From a virus, in the IMG/VR virus record IMGVR_UViG_3300033153_008341: 64,000 bases of DNA; one strand, written 5' to 3'. A model generated the notes under the pieces. That model was not told where the DNA came from and did not search any database. It saw only the letters and a program-made list of their open reading frames with translations. The translations under genes were made by a program, and so were the position numbers. This document shows positions 1 to 9,254 of this stretch, in pieces. Position 1 is the first letter of the stretch; each line of letters opens with the position of its first letter.

Positions 1-847
1 AAACGTCAAAAGTTATTGCCAAAAGAGTGAAATACGTGAAAAAAAGATCGCCAGAGAAAAAATTTGTGAGGAAAAAACAGCAGATAAACATTAAGTCTGT
101 TGAATATCCCGATCATCCACGTTGGCTACAAGCAACTAAGTGGCCCGAAAGAAAGCATATACGCATTTGTGTTGGTAGTGACATTGCATGGATAAAGCGG
201 AGACACGCTCGTCAACTTGGCAAGTTCCTGTTGAAAGTCACAGGGGCACCGAATAGGCCACTAAAAAAGGCATAGAAAAAAATTATGAGCCGACTAATTA
301 TCAGAGTGGAAATATACTCGGAAAAAGTTAATTTGCCAAAGGTTTTCACAGCAGAGGTATTGACCGCTTTGATTCGGAAAGAATTAGGACCGGAACCTTC
401 AATAGGCGTGGAAATAACAAAGACTGGAAGATTATGACAAAAAGTCCTCAACAAGTTAAGGCTGACGTAAAACAAAGAAGAGCAGACGGGCTGAAAAATT
501 GTTACATGAAAAATCCTTCCTTTAGTCGTGTTTTGGAAGGTGTATTCTGTCCGACAGGAGCCGAAATGGAATCGGTAAGAAGTCTACAAGAGAGCTCACC
601 TTATTCGATAACTGTTTCGGCTCCAAAAATAAGGCTAAGTAAATGAAAAAATGGAAGGTAACAGCCAGTACGATTATCAAAGTTGAAGATGACACTTCTG
701 CCTCAGAGATTGAGTTTTTAGCTTGTGAGATTATATACAACGGGATGCAAGTTCGCAATGAGAAAGTTCTGGTGGAAATTGAGGAGTACAAACCTGAGGC
801 CGCGAATGGACACCTAAAAAAGGGCTGAAAAAAAGCACTGAAAAGTT

Positions 848-1060
848 ATGATTTGTAGAAACGACTTAACAAGAGATTGTAGGAATATAAATTTTTTACT
901 GAAAGAATACCCAAAAGGTTTCGGAGTGGGTTGGCAGGCTTTGGGTAACAAAAATTTGCTCCTACTTTTCCTTTTGTGGTGTTTGCCGATAAACGACGTA
1001 GAAAAACAAAGGACTATGTACTTTGCAGATGAGGATTTATATGCTGCGATGGAATTGTAA
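848..1060 (+). CDS. small protein, member of expanded paralog family (hydrophobic core LLLLFLLWCLP)
   Basis: Translation contains YPKGFGVGWQALGNKNLLLLFLLWCLPIND, resembling the FPKxW..WL.L....NPL.FLFVWL core seen in about 25 other small ORFs in this window. Confidence 0.4.
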   Translation: MICRNDLTRDCRNINFLLKEYPKGFGVGWQALGNKNLLLLFLLWCLPINDVEKQRTMYFADEDLYAAMEL

Positions 1061-1295
1061 CTCAGGAATTGATTATGTGTAAAAAAGCCATTAGAAGATT
1101 AAAAAGAGTTGGCTGGTTTTGCACAATAGGGATATTAAGTACTGTAATTTTCCTTTGGTGTATTTTACCTTTGGATAAAATGTCATTTCTTATAGCTGTG
1201 CTTGTTGAAACTGCCTTTGCCCTTTGGGCGATACTTTGGATAGGCTCAAGTATGAAAAAGACAATAAAGAGCATAAAAAAATATAAGCCATAAAA

Positions 1296-1481
1296 TTGCG
1301 TGATATGATTGATATGAACGAATCACTTGCAAGGTTTCCAAAAGGTAGTTGGCATCCAGAATGGCTTGAACTTTGTATGTGTAGTCCTATGTTATTTTTG
1401 TTTGTTCGGTTTTGTGGCGTGAATACTGGTTGGCATTGGAATGTGATATTAAAAGGAGCAAAGGAAAGAAGCAAAAGGTGA
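1296..1481 (+). CDS. small protein, paralog family (FPKGSWHPEWLELCMCSPMLFLFVRF)
   Basis: Shares the FPKxxW..EWLxL...SPMLxLFV motif with 4422..4622, 3038..3277 and 7922..8110. Overlapping arrangement with neighbouring ORFs. Confidence 0.6.
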   Translation: MRDMIDMNESLARFPKGSWHPEWLELCMCSPMLFLFVRFCGVNTGWHWNVILKGAKERSKR

Positions 1482-1488
1482 AGTTATC

Positions 1489-1686
1489 ATGGTAAAGAAA
1501 AAACACATACAAAAGTTGAATAACTTTCCCCGTGAGTTTCATCCTCATTGGTATATGTTGTACAAATTGAATCCACTCATATTTTTGTTAGTGTGGTTAA
1601 GTGATATGACTGCTATGTTCTCATTTTACAGGTTGTTCAAAGATACGTTGGAGAAAAAGTGCCAAGAAGCCGGGTTAAGTACATGA
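1489..1686 (+). CDS. small protein, paralog family (FPREFHPHWYMLYKLNPLIFLLVWLSD)
   Basis: Motif FP.EFHPHWYMLYKLNPLIFLLVWLSD matches the family consensus W..W..LY..NPL.FLFVWL.D. RBS-like GGAG upstream. Confidence 0.65.
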   Translation: MVKKKHIQKLNNFPREFHPHWYMLYKLNPLIFLLVWLSDMTAMFSFYRLFKDTLEKKCQEAGLST

Positions 1687-1759
1687 AAAAGTTACACCAC
1701 CCATCCTTTCTTGGTGTGTCTGCGAACCGGGAGTTTGCCTCCACTTTCTTCCGGTCGCT

Positions 1760-2221
1760 TTGCGAAAGGGCCAAGGGTTACTGGACCATGACTCTTGGCC
1801 CAAAATTACTGAAACAGTTAAGGGACGGAATCTAATGGGAATGCATACTTACGCTTACTGTGGCTTTGGGCTACTTTATACGGTATTAGATAATGTCACC
1901 GTAGATGAGGACGAAGTTGGACCTGATGAAAGGCTCAGTCTTATGGTAGAACGGGCTGGACATGAATGGGATAAATTTTTTGAAGGGTTAGATTTACAGT
2001 GGCTTTATTTCAATGAATATGACTATGACCCAGATCATCCGAATGGCTACTGGTTAATTTGTCCTAAAATTTTCAAGCTGGAAGGATATGATGGGGTAGA
2101 AAGCTATGATGTTTCCAGCATAACCATAACGCCACAAGATGAAGAACGGCTAAAAAAAGTCGCAGATTTTCTTGGGATAAAGTACGAACCCAAAGTTCAC
2201 ATCGCAGGATATAATGGATGA
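1760..2221 (+). CDS. hypothetical protein (153 aa)
   Basis: Long ORF in the same orientation as its neighbours; no recognisable motif. Confidence 0.5.
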   Translation: MRKGQGLLDHDSWPKITETVKGRNLMGMHTYAYCGFGLLYTVLDNVTVDEDEVGPDERLSLMVERAGHEWDKFFEGLDLQWLYFNEYDYDPDHPNGYWLICPKIFKLEGYDGVESYDVSSITITPQDEERLKKVADFLGIKYEPKVHIAGYNG

Positions 2222-2444
2222 CATAAAGAAAAGCATGATTGTTCATGAAGGTAAGATGGGACAAGTGTATGTTCACTGGATTCCGGTATTTAAGGGTAAT
2301 GCACACTTTGGTCTTTTCCTTCTTGCTTTTGAAAAAGAGATAGGAGTAGGGACAGCAACAAAAACAATATGGGACCAGTTAGCTAAGAAGTTTAACATCG
2401 AAAAGAAATATGAAACTTATAACTATTGGAAAGAAAATAAGTAA
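2214..2444 (+). CDS. small protein, paralog subfamily B (VHWIPVF..FGLFLLAFEKE..IWDQLAKKF)
   Basis: Shares HW[IF]PV-hydrophobic-LE..V...[IV]WxQ with 2448..2663 and 3274..3492. Confidence 0.6.
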   Translation: MDDIKKSMIVHEGKMGQVYVHWIPVFKGNAHFGLFLLAFEKEIGVGTATKTIWDQLAKKFNIEKKYETYNYWKENK

Positions 2445-2447
2445 GGA

Positions 2448-2663
2448 ATGAAACAAATAATCTATGACTTCCACGGTTTGTTTATACATTGGTTCCCAGT
2501 TTATAGTAAGAGCCTTGTGTTTGGTGTATTTATGATTGCTTTAGAACAGCAAGTCAGCAACCAAATAGCTGTACAAGTGTGGGATCAAATGGCCAGAAAA
2601 GAAGGGATCAATACAAAACAAAAGATAAACTTTAGACAATGGAAAGAGAAAGTTAAAAAATGA
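2448..2663 (+). CDS. small protein, paralog subfamily B (IHWFPVYSKSLVFGVFMIALEQQ..VWDQMARKEG)
   Basis: Alignable with 2214..2444 and 3274..3492 over the whole length. Its stop overlaps the start of the next ORF (ATGA). Confidence 0.6.
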   Translation: MKQIIYDFHGLFIHWFPVYSKSLVFGVFMIALEQQVSNQIAVQVWDQMARKEGINTKQKINFRQWKEKVKK

Positions 2664-3034
2664 CAAAATCAATTAACTCGAAAGAAAAAAGGGATTGTTT
2701 TAGGGTCACAATTAAGGCTTACAAACGATGGGCAGACGGGGAAGAAAGGGTGATTGGTACCGCAACCTTAACTTACCATGATTTTATCCCAACTTACAAC
2801 GAATGTGGTACGATAATGACAAGAGCGTGCAAACTTCTTCGTTCGGCAATTACACGAATTAGAAATGGCAAAGCGGTACTACAAGGGGAAAGACATACAG
2901 CAGTTAAAAGATCTATGCACGCAGTTGAAGATGAACAAGAGGGAAGTGAGATAGCTAACTATAGGCAAGTTTACAGTATTAAGTTTAAGAATAGAGAAGA
3001 TGCCAAATCGAACTTAGGGAAAAGGCAAAATTAA
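2660..3034 (+). CDS. hypothetical protein (124 aa)
   Basis: ORF with an ATGA overlap to the upstream gene; no recognisable motif. Confidence 0.5.
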   Translation: MTKSINSKEKRDCFRVTIKAYKRWADGEERVIGTATLTYHDFIPTYNECGTIMTRACKLLRSAITRIRNGKAVLQGERHTAVKRSMHAVEDEQEGSEIANYRQVYSIKFKNREDAKSNLGKRQN

Positions 3035-3037
3035 CAA

Positions 3038-3277
3038 ATGTTAAACAGTTATGATATGTCACCTGAATTAAGACTGGAAATAGACACAGCCAGGGCAAAT
3101 AAAACGCCTGAAAGATTGATTGACTTAATTTGGCTCCACTATTTTCCAAAAGGTTGGCATTCGAGTTGGCTTAGTTTGTACCACTTCAACCCTTTAGTGT
3201 TTATCTTTGTGTGGCTTGGAGATATTGAGGTTGATCGACTTGCTTTAACCACAAGGTATGCAAAGAGAAAACAATGA
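3038..3277 (+). CDS. small protein, paralog family A (FPKGWHSSWLSLYHFNPLVFIFVWLGD)
   Basis: Near-consensus family motif. Confidence 0.65.
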   Translation: MLNSYDMSPELRLEIDTARANKTPERLIDLIWLHYFPKGWHSSWLSLYHFNPLVFIFVWLGDIEVDRLALTTRYAKRKQ

Positions 3278-3492
3278 GTAGCTCATTTATAGAATATGAA
3301 AGTTTATTTGTACATTGGTTTTCTATGTATAGGAGAAACATCCTTTGGGCTTTATTTATTCTTACTTTGGAAAAAAGTGTTGATTATGAGCCTACCCGTG
3401 CTATATGGGCTGGGTTTGAAAAAAGGTTTAGCATAGAGTGTACCAAAATACCTTTTTACGAATGGAAGGCACAAGTGAAAAATGAAAGATGA
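3274..3492 (+). CDS. small protein, paralog subfamily B (VHWFSMYRRNILWALFILTLEKS..IWAGFEKRF)
   Basis: Alignable with 2214..2444 and 2448..2663. ATGA overlap with the upstream gene. Confidence 0.6.
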   Translation: MSSSFIEYESLFVHWFSMYRRNILWALFILTLEKSVDYEPTRAIWAGFEKRFSIECTKIPFYEWKAQVKNER

Positions 3493-3633
3493 AGTTCTTT
3501 TCCCTGTATGCATGGGTACTTTTGTGGTTGGGTGTAAAGTGGTAGGACTGGATAACACAATGACTTTAATGTTGGCCATGATATTTGTGTCAGCTTTAGG
3601 TTGTGCTCTAATAATTAAGAGGAGGAAGAAAAG

Positions 3634-3828
3634 ATGATTACTGCTGTTGATCTTTTGATGGTCTTAGTTTGTATCATTTCATGGTCTGCTTCTGGCTATG
3701 TATTGGGTACAAATGGCAAAAGGTGGTATCACCAACTAACTTTGTGGGGTGGATTCATGGCTGGAACAGTAAGCGTCATGTTTTTACTGTACAGGTGTGA
3801 AATACAAACATACATACCGGGAATGTGA
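3634..3828 (+). CDS. small membrane protein (64 aa, two hydrophobic helices)
   Basis: Strong SD site AAGAGGAGGAAG 8 nt upstream of the ATG; hydrophobic segments. Confidence 0.55.
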   Translation: MITAVDLLMVLVCIISWSASGYVLGTNGKRWYHQLTLWGGFMAGTVSVMFLLYRCEIQTYIPGM

Positions 3829-4239
3829 GGAAAAAGTGAGTGACGCAATCACAAAACAACTAAACAGAATGGATGATGATAGACTCAAAGCTACATGGGA
3901 TGCCTTGTGTTATGTTGATCCAACTCAGTTTGGAAAAGAAGGCTGGAAATCTGAGTGGCAGCAAGGGTTCACGATGGACGATTGGGCACAAGGAGTTGAT
4001 GGTGAGATGGAAAAGAGGGGATTGAAAGGGTTAGACAAAGAGGAAAAGCAAAACTATGGATTTGACGCTTAACATAGGTGGGTGGATATATGCAATATCC
4101 ATAAGAACTTTATGGGACTAATTAAATTGATGAAATATTTCCCAAGCAGGTGGATTACTGCTTATTGGGCACATAAGAAAGGTTACGTTTACTCAAAATC
4201 AGAGGGTAAAATTTGGTGGTATGTTAAGAGGAAGTAAGT

Positions 4240-4425
4240 ATGACTAATATAAGAATAGATTCCAAAGAGTTTGTAGAGAGAATTGCAGAACTTGCAGAGA
4301 GCCGGTGTAACAGCAACTGGGTTATGTTGGCAGCCATAAGTTCTCTGTTACTTTGTTTTGTTTGGGCCTTGCCCAACCCAACTGGTATCTACGTACTAAG
4401 ACGCTTGATGGAAAAAAGTAAATGA
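4240..4425 (+). CDS. small protein, paralog family (ERIAELA...NWVMLAAISSLLLCFVWALP)
   Basis: Clear paralog of 4422..4622: SKEFVERIAELA / SPKFIERIEELA and LLCFVWALP / LLCFVWGLS. Confidence 0.65.
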   Translation: MTNIRIDSKEFVERIAELAESRCNSNWVMLAAISSLLLCFVWALPNPTGIYVLRRLMEKSK

Positions 4426-4622
4426 TGGACTTCATAAAATTAGATTCTCCCAAATTTATAGAACGTATAGAAGAACTTGCACTTAAGACACCCTATGATA
4501 GTGAGTGGGTTGATTTAGCTTGCTTAAGTCCAATGTTGTTGTGTTTTGTTTGGGGTTTATCCGATGTAGCCAGTTTCCGTGTCTTAGCACAAATAATGAA
4601 GAAAGCAAATAATGGAACTTAA
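4422..4622 (+). CDS. small protein, paralog family (EWVDLACLSPMLLCFVWGLSD)
   Basis: Tandem paralog of 4240..4425; its core also matches 1296..1481. Confidence 0.65.
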   Translation: MMDFIKLDSPKFIERIEELALKTPYDSEWVDLACLSPMLLCFVWGLSDVASFRVLAQIMKKANNGT

Positions 4623-4851
4623 ATTTACAGATTGCAGTAGTTCAAAGTTTAAGGTGTATCAGAGACAATGTGTAGGCAAGAAAAGACACAGGACAAGGTC
4701 TTTAGCTAAGCAAGCTGCTAAAAGATGGTCGGAAGAAGATGGCATAAAATATGTTGCTTATTTGTGTCAATGGTGTAATCATTACCATACAGGGCATAGA
4801 AAAACTTGGAAACGTAGAGTTCAAAGAAGATTGGAAACAAGGAATGAATGA
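4612..4851 (+). CDS. small basic Cys/His-rich protein (putative zinc-binding, 79 aa)
   Basis: C..C...CQWCNHYHTGH cluster; very basic (KKRHRTRSLAKQAAKRW). Confidence 0.4.
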   Translation: MELKFTDCSSSKFKVYQRQCVGKKRHRTRSLAKQAAKRWSEEDGIKYVAYLCQWCNHYHTGHRKTWKRRVQRRLETRNE

Positions 4852-5566
4852 CAAAAGTTTCAAATTCGTAGTTATAGCGATGTTGTGCATGATAGCAGCT
4901 ATTTTAGTAGTTGATACTATATATGGTATGATGTCGCCAATCTTCTGGCTTATGGCAATCGTAGCAAGTTTTGCAGGTTTACTTGCTGGGCGTAAAAACA
5001 AAGAGGAATCTAACCGTGAGTGACAAACTAAGGCAACAATTCCAAGATTTGTGTGAGCTGTCGCAGAAGTCAAGGGAATTAAGAGCTTTAATCAAGGTGT
5101 ATGATGACAGCTACGGAACTCAGTTTCTCAATGAGCTTCTCGGCCATTGGTTAAATACTGACCTTAGAGTCGTGAAGTTTCTTGAACTTGAAACTTTGAA
5201 ACTGTCAAAGAATACAGAGTTTATGGAACCACAGATTCAGGTAAGGCCGATCAAAGGTGCGAAGGCATAATATAGGACATCCAAATTTCCCTTCATATTT
5301 TGAGAAAGAATTTCTTCAGTATAGAGGGGATAAAAAATGTTGGGAAAAGGTGTACCGAAAGAACAATATGTACTTTGCTTTCGTTTGGGAAATGATAATA
5401 CATATTGATATATCAATCGGCTTAAAAATAGTACAAAGATCATTGAGGGTATTATGACCGCAATACAGAAAGGGGTAAATCATGCAGACCCACAAATAAT
5501 GGGTCTTACTATCTCCTATCATTCACAATTTACGAGATTCATACAAAACATAGTTGGTTTCATCAA

Positions 5567-5822
5567 GAGGGGTCGAAAGTTTCTAACACTAAATAAGAAA
5601 CTGAGCATATTTCGACCCCTCAAATTAAAAAGCTTAGGGCCGGATTATCTCAGCTCTGACCGATCCCTACTGATAAGGTTTCCCCTCCCCCAACCTTGTC
5701 ACATCGGTTTGGATGAATTTTCCGGCCTAACAAATTGGGGCTGAACATAACTACCGGAATTTGCGGGTATGGCTTAGTGAGTTTGTTTGGCGATAAAACA
5801 CTAAACCTGTTCAGCCCCCAAA
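5567..5822. ncRNA. candidate structured non-coding element with three consecutive long-stem hairpins
   Basis: Hairpin 1: perfect 12-bp inverted repeat GAGGGGTCGAAA (5567-5578) / TTTCGACCCCTC (5610-5621), with an inner GTTTCT/AGAAAC stem. Hairpin 2: TTAGGGCCGGA (5634-5644) / TCCGGCCTAA (5721-5730). Hairpin 3: TTGGGGCTGAAC (5735-5746) / GTTCAGCCCCCA (5809-5820). Local GC is higher than the flanks. The overlapping ORF 5454..5744 has low-complexity, non-protein-like translation in this part. Confidence 0.3.
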
Positions 5823-6050
5823 TATAAAGGGTTAAAGAGATGAAATGGAGAACTTTTAAGAAGGTATTCTATCTCGTCATAGCAATCAACCTTGTGGCTA
5901 TAGGGATAGAAACATACGGATACGTAAGGTACTTCCAATTCGATACACTCCCAACTTTGTGGTTGTATGGTGTTGCCTGTACAACTCTTGGCATAATAGG
6001 AATAACGACTTTATATTGCATGAACAAACCCTGAAGTAAAGGAACTAAGT

Positions 6051-6488
6051 ATGATATTAACAATTATTATTGGCCTAATTGTTCTATGTGTTGCACTGAT
6101 AAGAGTTGCAATATGGTTGGATGATAAAAACGCAGATAACGGAGTTGTAGCCCTTTCCGGCGTTGCTGGTGTCGTTTGTGGTATATTAGGTGCCATTCTT
6201 TTGATTGGTTGGCCCGTGCAGTATGACTCACATATGTCCGAGCAAATTTGGGTAGATTCCTTTATCAGTTCAGACATTCACCAAGAATACCTTGAAATCC
6301 TTCAGTCATCACCTGAAAGTGTTATACAATTGGAAGTGACCGGTAAGAATATGGGTCAATGGTATCGGGACGTAAAGCAAGCAAATTGTATCATTGAAGA
6401 TCATAGACGTTCAAACGCTAACTTCTGGGACCCATTCTACCCCGATTGGAACTCACCGGACCCAATAACCTTTCAAAAAGGCGAGTAG
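6051..6488 (+). CDS. membrane protein (145 aa, N-terminal TM helices)
   Basis: Hydrophobic N-terminus ILTIIIGLIVLCVALIRVAIW..ALSGVAGVVCGILGAILLIGW. Confidence 0.5.
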   Translation: MILTIIIGLIVLCVALIRVAIWLDDKNADNGVVALSGVAGVVCGILGAILLIGWPVQYDSHMSEQIWVDSFISSDIHQEYLEILQSSPESVIQLEVTGKNMGQWYRDVKQANCIIEDHRRSNANFWDPFYPDWNSPDPITFQKGE

Positions 6489-6543
6489 AATTTAACAGTG
6501 AGGTGTACGCAAAGACGAGTTTGGATAACTGAAAGGTGGAGAA

Positions 6544-6927
6544 ATGGCTAACTTAAAGATTCTCGTTTGTGGATCGAGAACTTGGTCCAATTTAGGTCAA
6601 GTGCTAAACAAACTGGCTGCACTTGTAATTCAAGAGGTAGCAAAGCGGAGGTTAGAGCCATATGAAATCACCATAATTTCAGGGGGAGCAAGTGGAGCAG
6701 ATTATTTTGCTGAAGTGTTTGCTAAGGCGTATGATTATAAACTTATTGTAATCAAACCACAATGGTCAAGATATGGTAAGAGTGCTGGATTTCGTCGAAA
6801 CATTGAGATGCTCGAATTAGAACCAGATTTTGTGGTTGCCTTTTGGGATGGTAAATCAAGAGGCACAAATTCTACAATGACAGAGGCAAAAAAACGATCA
6901 ATTGAAGTGATATGCTACAGGATGTGA
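6544..6927 (+). CDS. SLOG-family (DUF2493 / DprA-LOG-like Rossmann) protein
   Basis: KILVCGSRTWSN ... ISGGASGADYFAE ... GKSAGFRRNIEML ... FWDGKSRGT matches the glycine-rich nucleotide-binding signatures of the DUF2493/SLOG family. SD-like GGTGGAG upstream. Confidence 0.6.
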   Translation: MANLKILVCGSRTWSNLGQVLNKLAALVIQEVAKRRLEPYEITIISGGASGADYFAEVFAKAYDYKLIVIKPQWSRYGKSAGFRRNIEMLELEPDFVVAFWDGKSRGTNSTMTEAKKRSIEVICYRM

Positions 6928-7745
6928 AATGCGAAAGTTAAGAGATATTAAGTTTACTGCTGAAGAACACATGCAAGGGTTGATTAGTAAAATGTCAGAC
7001 TTAGAACTATTGGCTTGCTATCAATCCTTACAATTCACTGCTCCTACAAGTTTTGGCATAAGAGGGTTAGAGTCTTATTGGGATGATCAAAGAATGATTT
7101 CCTATTCTACTTGGATAGAGCATTTAGACAGTGCAATACGAAATAGAAAATTGAACCTGGATATCATGTGAAAAGTGAAATTATGAAAGAAAAAATCGCC
7201 AGGAAAATTTATGCGTAAGGATGTTAAAGGTCATACATTTTCAGTTGGTTGGGCGAAGATGGCTATAAAAAACCCTGTTGGAACTTTGTTCATTTACTTT
7301 TGGTTTGAATATGTACATGGGGAAGGTTTTAGTACCATATGGAACGAGATAATTGGGAAACAAGGTGAAGAAACTATTGAGGTAGACCTTGACACTTGAA
7401 AGTTTAGCATGTTTAGGCGGGATGACGTTTAGTGTAGTTGGTTACATACAATTTCGTTCCATGTTACGAAGGGGGGCAAAGTTACGAACGGCAGTCTTAG
7501 TTTGGGCTATGGTTTGGCTTGCTGGAATATGGATTACCACAATGATAGTTGAGGCAAAGTTTGGTGGATAATGAAAACAATGCTATTATATTTCAATTTT
7601 GAGACAATAAGAAAGCAACATAGTGGTTGGGGTAAAATTGTCAGATCAAATATATTATTCGGGATATTACTCTTTGAATTAGCTAATACCTCACCCAAAT
7701 CGTTATCACAATTAAGGTTGATGGATAATATAGAGAAATGCTTAG

Positions 7746-7925
7746 ATGACAAACAAAAAAGGTAGGGATAGAAACCTTAGGTGGTTAAAGACTTTTCCAA
7801 AAGAGTGGAGTAGGGAATGGCTGGAACTTTATAAAATAAATTCTTTAACCTTTTTGTTTGTTTGGTTAGGTGAAAGTAAACTTGATATCATATATATTTC
7901 AAATAGACTCAAAAAATTGATATGA
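7746..7925 (+). CDS. small protein, paralog family A (59 aa, FPKEWSREWLELYKINSLTFLFVWLGE). Not in the supplied ORF track because it is below the length cutoff
   Basis: My own translation from the ATG at 7746 gives MTNKKGRDRNLRWLKTFPKEWSREWLELYKINSLTFLFVWLGESKLD... The stop overlaps the start of 7922..8110. Confidence 0.55.
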   Translation: MTNKKGRDRNLRWLKTFPKEWSREWLELYKINSLTFLFVWLGESKLDIIYISNRLKKLI

Positions 7926-8110
7926 AAGAGCCACTTATTCCAGATTTTATTGAGTTCCCAAAAGAATGGAGTTGGCAATGGTTAAAACTTTACAAAATGA
8001 ATCCAATACTTTTCCTGTTTGTTTGGGTGGCTGAAGTAGATGTATGGGAAGATCACCTTTTAGACAATTTAGTAAGGAAAGAAAAGGATGTACTTAATTT
8101 GTTACCGTAG
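7922..8110 (+). CDS. small protein, paralog family A (FPKEWSWQWLKLYKMNPILFLFVWVAE)
   Basis: Consensus family motif; tandem to 7746..7925. Confidence 0.65.
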   Translation: MKEPLIPDFIEFPKEWSWQWLKLYKMNPILFLFVWVAEVDVWEDHLLDNLVRKEKDVLNLLP

Positions 8111-8483
8111 GGGACAAACTACACTACCAGACAATATGGGGGTAATGCTTATTGATGAAATGGATGCCAACATAGCATTAACAGTTGGACTTAATCAACT
8201 CCGAAGCAATGGAGAAGTAAAAGAGTTTCGGTTAATTTCCCAAGAGAAGCTCCAAATAGTAGGGAGTCATACCCGTGAACTTTCAATAGGAGCAATAGTT
8301 TACCCTGTGATAGAAGTTAAAAAGATTGATGGTATAAGCCCTGTCAAATCTATTATTCGATTAGCAGTAGAAAGAGCCTTTGCTTTTTATAATGGAAATC
8401 AAACGAAAGCAGCTAAGGCTTTAGGAATGTCAAGGAACACATTACGACATCACTTAGGGTTGGCGAAGTACCCATATGAATAA
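8088..8483 (+). CDS. Fis-family HTH DNA-binding protein
   Basis: C-terminal GNQTKAAKALGMSRNTLRHHLGLAKYP resembles the Fis/NtrC-type helix-turn-helix (GNQT.AA..LG..R.TL..KL). Confidence 0.55.
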   Translation: MYLICYRRGQTTLPDNMGVMLIDEMDANIALTVGLNQLRSNGEVKEFRLISQEKLQIVGSHTRELSIGAIVYPVIEVKKIDGISPVKSIIRLAVERAFAFYNGNQTKAAKALGMSRNTLRHHLGLAKYPYE

Positions 8484-8744
8484 AAAGCAAAAAGTGAAGT
8501 TAATAGAAAGATTGGGAAGTGGGAAGGTGAAATTTTACATTTCTGACAATTTCTATGTTCGATGCGTTTCTGCGTACTTAGCAATCGCTCAACATCAACC
8601 TCTATTTTTCTTGTTTGTAGTATATATGGTGCATCGTCAATCAGAAACTGATACTGGTAACTTAGATCGAATAAACCGTAACAATTTTTGGAAGAATATG
8701 GAGAACATATTGTTCGCAAAATACAAAATTAAAGGAGCTTAAGT

Positions 8745-9047
8745 ATGTTGGAAACTTTTATAACAACAATTGCTGTTCTTGTGTTTATTTACACTGGATT
8801 AGTAATACTCCGGCTTATCTTTGATGACCAAGTTAAATTCAGAGACAAATTGAGACGCCTTGCGTTGCATATAGATGAACCTGAGTTTCGAGGTATAAAT
8901 ATAATCCATCACCCACTTTACAAAGAAGTTCAAGAAGTTCCTCTTATGCGTATGATGGTGCAACCTTGGCGAACGAGTAGGAGCTTTTATAAAGGCACCA
9001 AAATTTTAGCCTTGTACGATAAAAGTCAAAGGGTTAAGAAAGGATAA
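8745..9047 (+). CDS. hypothetical protein with N-terminal TM helix (100 aa)
   Basis: Hydrophobic N-terminus; SD AGGAG upstream. Confidence 0.5.
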   Translation: MLETFITTIAVLVFIYTGLVILRLIFDDQVKFRDKLRRLALHIDEPEFRGINIIHHPLYKEVQEVPLMRMMVQPWRTSRSFYKGTKILALYDKSQRVKKG

Positions 9048-9050
9048 TGA

Positions 9051-9254
9051 AACCAGAAAGTTTTACTCTTTTTCCCAGACCAAATAAACACACATTGGAT
9101 CTCAATAATCAAAAAACATCCTTTATGGTTTCTCTGGATAGTTTTAATGGATTTTCATTACTTTCAAGATGATTGGGTAGAATACCAGCAAATGTGGACA
9201 AATTTAGGCGATAGGTTAGATTTAGAAAAAGGATATGAAGCATTCAAACCTTAA
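9051..9254 (+). pseudogene. paralog-family reading frame lacking an in-frame start codon (possible pseudogene or frameshift-dependent product)
   Basis: The frame opening after the TGA at 9048 encodes ...DQINTHWISIIKKHPLWFLWIVLMDFHY... (family motif). It has no ATG/GTG/TTG before the motif. A 42-codon ORF (ATG 9047) runs in the -1 frame over its 5' part. Confidence 0.3.

Noticed and set aside
4073-4239. Palindrome TGGATAT-ATGCA-ATATCCA and a 35-codon ORF in the 167-bp gap
   Set aside because: The palindrome is short, and the ORF is below any reasonable confidence threshold without conservation data. It is noted only as a possible operator or mini-gene.
5454-5744. 96-aa ORF from the six-frame track
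   Set aside because: Its 3' two-thirds overlies the triple-hairpin element and translates to low-complexity sequence (LKSLGPDYLSSDRSLLIRFPLPQPCHIG). It is more likely non-coding there; only the 5' portion might be real.
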